Positions 57,979 through 64,000 of a stretch of DNA of 64,000 bases are shown here, piece after piece. The stretch is taken from contig JACPKC010000010.1 in assembly GCA_016187225.1 (NCBI GenBank), positions 3,541 to 67,540 on the forward strand. Direction: 5' to 3'. Numbering within the stretch: the first letter of the stretch is position 1; every line of letters begins with the position of its first letter. The position numbers and the translations under genes are program-made. The DNA comes from Candidatus Berkelbacteria bacterium (GTDB lineage: Bacteria > Patescibacteriota > UBA1384 > JACPKC01). The notes beneath the pieces are model-generated. The model was not told the origin of the DNA and searched no databases. It saw only the letters and a program-made list of their open reading frames with translations.

Positions 57979-58563
57979 TCACCATCCGGAGGTCTCGTGT
58001 TCCAGGCACGCGATCTCGCCTTCTTCACAGATTGGCAATCCAGGCTTTTGCCGACCTGCGAGGATCGCATCGAGTTCATCGATGTCGAACGGCGCCGCGA
58101 CGTATCTTTCCAGGATTTTGACCAGGAAATCCTGGAAAGATCGACCATAGTGGGCTTTAATCGGATGCAGATTGAAAGCCCAACAGATGGCCTCGCGAGC
58201 TATTCGTGAAACGCGGCGGTTGCCGACTGTTATCTCGGCGTACAGTCGCAGTCCGCGTTCGAAAAGCTCGCTTCGCTCGTCTGGCGAACATCTTCTGTGC
58301 CGATCGCCAACCAGCAATTGGACGATCTGGTGAACGTTGCCATTTTCGGCAACGTTGGTGGCGTCAAAGCCCGTGGTGCTGACGCCACACTCTTTGAGAA
58401 GCCCGAAGGCTTCTCGGACCTCTGTGACAGGGGTTATTGCCCCCATTCCAAAGATCATATTCAGTTCCTCCGTTCGCTTTTTGCTCGTGAGTGAGCACAA
58501 GCAGTATGATAATATCATAGAAAGACATCGAGATACTGAATATGAAGGAGGGGGATGGGGCAA
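57979..58563 (-). CDS. Hypothetical protein
   Basis: 194-aa minus-strand ORF. The likely start is at the internal MIFGMGAITPV. It is helical. A relation to all-alpha NTP pyrophosphohydrolases is speculative. Confidence 0.3.
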   Translation of the reverse strand: MPHPPPSYSVSRCLSMILSYCLCSLTSKKRTEELNMIFGMGAITPVTEVREAFGLLKECGVSTTGFDATNVAENGNVHQIVQLLVGDRHRRCSPDERSELFERGLRLYAEITVGNRRVSRIAREAICWAFNLHPIKAHYGRSFQDFLVKILERYVAAPFDIDELDAILAGRQKPGLPICEEGEIACLEHETSGW

Positions 58564-60114
58564 TTGAAAACCAGTTCGCCAAACGGCCGACTTTTAATTT
58601 GGGTTTATGCGCTTGGAGCCGGTGTGGCCGCAATGAGCACCCCGGTACTGTTTGTAATTCTGCCGTTTTTAATTCAAGAATTTTCTTTGAACGCAATGGA
58701 CATTGAATGGACACTGGTGGCGCGCACGTTGCCATTTGTTCTGGCATTTCTCGTGGCCGGATCACTCGCCAGGCGATTCTCAATGCGAAACTTGCTGATT
58801 TTAAGCTCAATCTTTATTATATTCGGCTCAATTGCCGCCATTGATGCCTGGGCGCTAACTTCATTACTCGCGGCTCAAATTCTAATTGGCCTTGGAGCCG
58901 GTTTATTTTTGTCAATTAGTCTGACTTTTCTAAAAGCAGTGACTGCTAAAACGCAGTTGGCAAATATGATGCGCATATGGTTTTTAGGCGCTGTCCTTCT
59001 AGCCGCTCTCGGCCCATTGATTGCGGGTTGGTTAATGTTGAAAGGAGAGTGGCCAGCCGTGTTTTGGTTTCAGATTCTCGTTTTTGTTATTACGAGCGGA
59101 GCGCTTTTAAAGCAAGGTGCGATTGAGGAACCCGCAAGCTCAAAAATTGAGATTGATTGGCTAGGCTGGATTCTCCTGGCCTTGATACTTTTCGGTTTAA
59201 GTTTTGCCTCGATTCAACTGCCCAATTTAGGACCTAATAGTTTCTCTGTGCTCTTGGCGCTGACGGCGAGCTTTGTTATAGCAGTTGTTTTTATCTTCGT
59301 TGAATTAGCCGCTCCCGCGCCTCTGATAAACTTAACTCTTTTCAAATCAAGAACGCCTTTAGGCGCCAACGGCGCGAGTCTTTTACTTGCTTCGGCTCTG
59401 GGTATTTTTCTGATTGTTTTGACGCTTGAGCTTGAGCAGGTTCAAAAACTTTCTCCTCCCTTGATCGGTCTCACTCTGGCTTTGCCCGGCTTAAGCGCGT
59501 TGATATTGAGGGGGCCGGCGTATCTAATGACCGATCGTTTAGGCGCTCGACTTCCGCTTTTGGTTGGCGCAATTTTGATGGCCGTGGGTTTTATGGAACT
59601 TGCCCGGATTAGCCTCACTGCTCCTTACCTCTCCGACATCTTGCCAGGTGTAATTCTTTTGGGGTTTGGTTTGCCTTTCGTTCGCGCCTCGCTTAGACAG
59701 TCGGCATTGCAAGTTGAAGAAGAGCAAATTGAACACGCCTCAAGATTGAACGCCGGACTTGGCCACCTGACTTTCTTGATAGTGGCAACTTTTTTCTTGG
59801 GCAACATGATGAGCGCGACTAAGCAGGAACTCGTGCGTGAACTCAATGGCGTGATTTTACTCTCACAGGATCGCATTTCAATCCTAAAAGCGGCGCAGAA
59901 CCTAGAGCCGATCACTTTTTCGGTTTCACTTGATGATTTTGCGCGCCAAGCAATTAAGCAGAGTGTTAAAAATGCCCAGCATTTAGGGCATAAAAAAATG
60001 TTTAATATTGCTTCAGCCTTAGCGTTTGGAGCCGCTTTAATTGCGATCTTTCTTCTGCCAGCGTATAAAACACCGCCGAATCCAAAAAGAAAAGAGGCTT
60101 TAACGCCTCTATGA
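58555..60114 (+). CDS. MFS transporter (14-TM, DHA2-like)
   Basis: Hydropathy shows about 14 TM helices. The loop motifs are typical of the major facilitator superfamily. Confidence 0.75.
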   Translation: MGQLKTSSPNGRLLIWVYALGAGVAAMSTPVLFVILPFLIQEFSLNAMDIEWTLVARTLPFVLAFLVAGSLARRFSMRNLLILSSIFIIFGSIAAIDAWALTSLLAAQILIGLGAGLFLSISLTFLKAVTAKTQLANMMRIWFLGAVLLAALGPLIAGWLMLKGEWPAVFWFQILVFVITSGALLKQGAIEEPASSKIEIDWLGWILLALILFGLSFASIQLPNLGPNSFSVLLALTASFVIAVVFIFVELAAPAPLINLTLFKSRTPLGANGASLLLASALGIFLIVLTLELEQVQKLSPPLIGLTLALPGLSALILRGPAYLMTDRLGARLPLLVGAILMAVGFMELARISLTAPYLSDILPGVILLGFGLPFVRASLRQSALQVEEEQIEHASRLNAGLGHLTFLIVATFFLGNMMSATKQELVRELNGVILLSQDRISILKAAQNLEPITFSVSLDDFARQAIKQSVKNAQHLGHKKMFNIASALAFGAALIAIFLLPAYKTPPNPKRKEALTPL

Positions 60115-60132
60115 GACCTGTTTCAAGGGTCT

Positions 60133-60765
60133 CTATTTCTTGCAACCAAGCTCAAGCGCCTGCCGGAGAACGATTAAGTGGGGTTCGGCCAAAAAAACGT
60201 GGAGCTCGCCACTTATCTCTCTGGGTTTGGGTTCGCCGTGAGCCTTGACCGCCCAATCGTATGAGATTGGCTGATTGATCTTGCGCCAACGCGTGTTGAG
60301 TGCGGGCAAGATCGGTTGCCACGGATCGCGTTTATGATATTTTTTCATCTCATCTAACGCGAGCGCCACGTTCACGAGGATGAGTTCGGAGATAATTCGA
60401 GACTCGAGAAGCGGGAAATCCACTCTTCTCGCCGTCACTCGCCCCAGGAGAAGTTTTTCCTGTTCTCTACAGTAGTAGAGATCACAATACTCTTTGGTAA
60501 CAATCTCCACCTCGAATTCTTCCGACGTGAAGTGATAGGCCGGATGAATGTTGTCGGGAGTGAAATTGATATACACTCCACCCACAAAATCACCCGCCTT
60601 CTCGCGTGTAAGCACAAGGTCAACTGTGACCTCGTACTCATTGTGGCCGCGTCGCCGCCGTTGCCCACTTGCCATTTTAATACCTTCCTCTCGAAGAAAG
60701 TACGGGCATCCTAGGAGAAAATAGAATTGAAAGCAAGAGTAATTGGCCTGTTTGTGGTTTTCCAC
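60133..60765 (-). CDS. Hypothetical protein
   Basis: The track ORF is 210 aa. The likely start is at MASGQRRRRGH. No recognisable family. Confidence 0.3.
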   Translation of the reverse strand: MENHKQANYSCFQFYFLLGCPYFLREEGIKMASGQRRRRGHNEYEVTVDLVLTREKAGDFVGGVYINFTPDNIHPAYHFTSEEFEVEIVTKEYCDLYYCREQEKLLLGRVTARRVDFPLLESRIISELILVNVALALDEMKKYHKRDPWQPILPALNTRWRKINQPISYDWAVKAHGEPKPREISGELHVFLAEPHLIVLRQALELGCKK

Positions 60766-60796
60766 TTGTTACTTCTGACCCCAAAAGGTATTGTCA

Positions 60797-60852
60797 GTGG
60801 TGTCGCGTGGGGAGATGTGGAAAAAAGTGGGGAAAACATAAAAATCTGTGGA
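60797..60852 (+). promoter_or_regulatory. Array of GTGG(G) direct repeats with 10-bp spacing upstream of mraZ (MraZ-box-like operator)
   Basis: GTGG occurs at 60797, 60807, 60817 and 60827 at exact 10-bp phasing, and again at 60848. The array ends about 16 bp before the mraZ ATG. Confidence 0.6.
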
Positions 60853-60867
60853 AAACTGAAAGATACC

Positions 60868-61284
60868 ATGTTTGTCGGCGAGTACACCCACACACTTGAT
60901 CCCAAAGGTCGCCTCGCGATCCCTTACCGCCTGCGTCGCGAACTGGAAGAGGGTGCCTTTATAACTCGAGGCATCGACGGTTGCTTAGCGCTTTACACGC
61001 GTCACGAATGGGAAAAAATAGCTGACAAAATTTCTAATTTGCCATTCTCCGACTCTAAAGCGCGGCGTTTCTCACGTTTTTTTCTTGCTGGCGCGGCTGA
61101 AGTCGAATTCGATAAACAGGGTCGCGTTCTTCTGCCCGGGTATCTGCGTGAATTTGCTCAATTGAAAACAGAAGTCGTGATTGCGGGTGTTTATACCCGA
61201 ATTGAGATTTGGAGTAAAACGACTTGGGAGCAACAAAAAACAGAGCTTACGCCGGAAGAAGATCTAAAAGGCCTGGCAATTTGA
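60868..61284 (+). CDS. mraZ: Transcriptional regulator MraZ
   Basis: MFVGEYTHTLDPKGRLAIP and a second DxxGR repeat (DKQGRVLLP) are present. It is the first gene of the cell-division cluster. Confidence 0.9.
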   Translation: MFVGEYTHTLDPKGRLAIPYRLRRELEEGAFITRGIDGCLALYTRHEWEKIADKISNLPFSDSKARRFSRFFLAGAAEVEFDKQGRVLLPGYLREFAQLKTEVVIAGVYTRIEIWSKTTWEQQKTELTPEEDLKGLAI

Positions 61285-61466
61285 GGAAAATTGGTGAGGG
61301 AGGCATTAACTCTTTCACCCCGTCTTCCTCAAGGGGCAGTTAAAAGGAGGGGTGCCTGATCCAAGTTACAACTGATTTGGGTTGGGTCCGGGCGCGCTGG
61401 CGTCCCAGTTTCGGAGGGGAAATTAGGACGCCGCGTTCCGGCACATGAAAGCAGAATACGTCTATT

Positions 61467-62405
61467 ATGCGCCCGCTTACACATATCCCCGTCCTTGGTT
61501 CTGAAGTCGTCGCAAGTCTTAAGTTGTTGCCCGGAGACGAGGCGATCGACGCCACGCTGGGCTTGGGGGGACACGCGTCCCTGATCCTTAAAAATATTGG
61601 TCCGCACGGCAGACTATTAGGGATTGAGCGTTCGGCAAAAGGTTTGGTGAGCGCACGCATTAACCTTAAAGAATTTGACTCGCAAATTAATCTTGTTCAA
61701 GGCGATTTTCGCGATCTCGAGGCGATTGCTCGAGATCATGGTTACACCGAAGTCGCAGGCGTTCTTTTTGATCTGGGGTTGGCTTCATGGCAAATCGATA
61801 CGGGTGAGCAAGGCGTAAGTTTTCAAGTTGATACCTTGCTAGATATGCGGCTCACGCCGTTTACTCCCCATGATTTTACTTCCAGCGATAGTGACCCAAA
61901 TAAATGGACCGGAAACGCGGCGCTCGCACGGACTGTGAGAGCTTGGCGCTTCCGGTCGGCGCACGAATTTATTAATTCAGCGTCGGCGGGAGAAATTTCC
62001 AATGTGTTGCGGAGCTTTGGCGATATTCATATTGCTCGGCGCTTAACTGAAAGAATTGTCTCGGGGCGCGCGCAGACGCCGGTTGAGCGCACCAGTGATT
62101 TAGTTGCGCTGATTGGCAGTTCAACTCCACGTTTGTTGGCCTTGGTTTTTCAGGCACTTCGAATTCTTGTGAACGATGAGTTCGGTGCCCTCGTGGCTGG
62201 CGTTCGTGGTGGTTGGCGAGTGGTAAAATCCGGCGGTCGGTTGGCAGTGATCAGTTTTCAAAGCGAGGAGGATCGGCTCGTAAAACGAATTTTACGCTCA
62301 CTTGATGGAGCTGGCCGAATTCTGCGCCTGCAGCCGTTACCAGCCGAGGTTAACTTAAACCCCCGCGCGCGCAGTAGTACGCTTCGGGTCATTGAAAGAA
62401 AGTAG
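61467..62405 (+). CDS. rsmH: 16S rRNA (cytosine1402-N4)-methyltransferase
   Basis: HIPVLGSEVV...DATLGLGGHA is the RsmH/MraW SAM-binding start. Confidence 0.9.
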   Translation: MRPLTHIPVLGSEVVASLKLLPGDEAIDATLGLGGHASLILKNIGPHGRLLGIERSAKGLVSARINLKEFDSQINLVQGDFRDLEAIARDHGYTEVAGVLFDLGLASWQIDTGEQGVSFQVDTLLDMRLTPFTPHDFTSSDSDPNKWTGNAALARTVRAWRFRSAHEFINSASAGEISNVLRSFGDIHIARRLTERIVSGRAQTPVERTSDLVALIGSSTPRLLALVFQALRILVNDEFGALVAGVRGGWRVVKSGGRLAVISFQSEEDRLVKRILRSLDGAGRILRLQPLPAEVNLNPRARSSTLRVIERK

Positions 62406-62412
62406 GAGGCAA

Positions 62413-62757
62413 ATGGGGCATACGATTCCACTTACAACAAACGGCAAATATACCGAGGGCGTTCGAAAACGCACTCTCGAAAGAACGGTCCAGCTCGGGC
62501 CAGTAAGTTTGCGTATTTTAACAATTGCTTCACTGGCGAGCTTGCTTTTATTTTACCTTGCCCAAACGACGCAAAGCGCCACTCGATCTTACGAGGTTCA
62601 GGCTTTGGAGCAGAAAAAACAAGAATTGCTCGATGAGGTAGAGCGTCTTGATCTTGAATCTCAACGTCTCCAATCACTCGGCAGTATTCAGCAAGGGCTT
62701 GGCGATGAGCTGAAAAAAGATTTTGAAACTGCCGGAGAACTTAAGGTTGTTGAATAG
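62413..62757 (+). CDS. ftsL: FtsL-like cell division protein
   Basis: Small bitopic protein with one TM helix (ILTIASLASLLLFYL) followed by a coiled coil. It sits between rsmH and ftsI as in dcw clusters. Confidence 0.6.
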   Translation: MGHTIPLTTNGKYTEGVRKRTLERTVQLGPVSLRILTIASLASLLLFYLAQTTQSATRSYEVQALEQKKQELLDEVERLDLESQRLQSLGSIQQGLGDELKKDFETAGELKVVE

Positions 62758-62760
62758 TTC

Positions 62761-64000
62761 ATATGAACTATGAACTGTCGGCTCATTCCCCGCACATTGT
62801 CAGGCAACGCCTCAATATTCTTGTCGGTGGTGTCATACTGATTGCCGCTCTCATTTCTTGGCGACTCTTGCAAAAGGGTGTTATTGAGCATCCACTCTAT
62901 GCCGCTCAAGCTGAAAATCAATATGAGATCTCAAAAGAGCTTCCAAGTCGGCGCGGAACTATTTATGCTCAAGACTATGAACTTGGCCGCCGCGTTCCAA
63001 TGGCTTCTACGGAGGAGCGTTTCGATATTTCGGTTGTGCCCCGGAATGTCAAAGATAAACCTGCCGCCGCTCAAATTTTAGCCACCATTTTTAATCTTGA
63101 GAAAGAAGAGGTGTTGACAGCCATTAGCAACGAGCGTCTTTATCTGCCGCCGCTTGTCCGAGGTGTTCCAAAAGAAAAACGCGATGAAATTGTGAGCCAA
63201 GGTTTTGCTGGTCTTTTGGTAGAAAAGCGCCATGAGCGAGTTTACCCGGAAAATCAATTGGCGGCGCAATTGCTTGGTTTTGTGAATCGAGAAGGCGCTG
63301 GTAATTACGGGATCGAAGGTTATTACGATCGCGAGCTTAGAGGTGTTTCAGGGTCGGTGGTGGGTGAAAAGGATACTCTGGGGCGAATTATCTCGACGCT
63401 TCAAAAAGTTGCTCCCGAAGACGGAATTGATGTCGAGTTGACTCTTGATCACAATGTTCAATTTGCAGTTGAGGAACGCCTCTATCGCGGTGTTGAAGAA
63501 TCCGGGGCGTCGGGTGGACAAGTTGTGATTATGAATCCGACGTCTGGTGAAATTATCGCCCTCGGTGGAACGCCGTCATTTGATCCGAATAAGTTTTCCG
63601 AGTTTGCTAGTCAACCTGATCGGTTTCGTAACCCGGTAATTGGCACAACGTATGAACCCGGTTCGATTTTCAAACCACTTATTATGGCTTCAGCAATCGA
63701 CCTCGGCAAAGTCGAACCCGATACAACGGAAACTTTCAACAAGTCAGTTACGGTCCAAGGTTATGAGATCCACACCGCTCTCGACAAAGCCTATGGTAAC
63801 GAAACCATGACCCAGGTTTTGGAAAATTCCGATAATGTAGGCATGGTTTGGGTGTCAGGCAAAATGAGTAATGAAGAATTAAGAAATAAACTGACAAGTT
63901 TTGGGATTGATGAAAAAACCGGCATTGATCTAGCTGGTGAGGATGCGGGCTTGCTATTAGCTTTGCCTCTTTGGAGGGAGATTCATCGCGCTACAATCGC
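62761..64000 (+). CDS. ftsI: Penicillin-binding protein FtsI/PBP2-like transpeptidase (3' end outside the window)
   Basis: Reading frame 1 from the ATG at 62761 translates without stops to the window end. It contains an N-terminal TM segment, a PBP dimerisation region, and the transpeptidase motifs SIFK (SxxK) and SDN (in ENSDNVG). It is absent from the ORF track because it does not terminate within the window. Confidence 0.8.

Overview
The window reads as a compact, gene-dense bacterial chromosome segment of about 50% GC. It resembles small-genome, CPR/Patescibacteria-type bacteria in three ways. Both 16S and 23S rRNA genes are interrupted by introns carrying LAGLIDADG homing endonucleases. 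Ribosome-binding sites are weak. Gene order is streamlined.

The core content is housekeeping. There is a phosphate-transporter partial CDS with a PhoU-like regulator, then gatC and gatA, with gatB displaced downstream. A translation block follows (prfA, rpmE, rpsB, tsf, pyrH, frr, rseP, proS). Then come glycolysis genes (tpiA, gap, pgk), tig, clpP, a DNA-repair group (EndoQ-like protein, mutM, recO), alr, murI, glyQS, an MFS transporter, and the start of the cell-division cluster (mraZ, rsmH, ftsL, ftsI partial).

The rRNA operon is unusual. The 16S rRNA (about 30762-33474) has two insertions. The 23S rRNA (about 42885-47465) has two more, followed by a 5S rRNA. The 16S-23S spacer of about 9.4 kb is filled with protein-coding genes. 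These include a membrane-anchored ClpB/ClpC-like ATPase with a degenerate first ATPase domain. tRNA-Ile(GAU) and tRNA-Ala(UGC) sit about 1.6 kb apart within the spacer.

Two accessory cassettes share a distinctive architecture. In each, a duplicated 3' end of a host gene forms direct repeats around the inserted DNA.
- The first is about 1.1 kb, inserted at the 3' end of the PhoU-like gene. It encodes an HTH-GHKL ATPase plus a DUF4325/STAS-like protein.
- The second is about 5 kb and splits the gatCAB operon between gatA and gatB. It carries an RHH/RelE toxin-antitoxin pair, with an inverted-repeat element of about 160 bp between the two genes. It also carries an AbrB/MazE-like small protein translationally coupled to a 998-aa ResIII-type helicase with a roughly 500-aa C-terminal domain of unknown function, then a protein with a HEPN motif, then a four-helix-bundle protein.

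The helicase-centred module is the best candidate in the window for an undescribed defence or toxin system.
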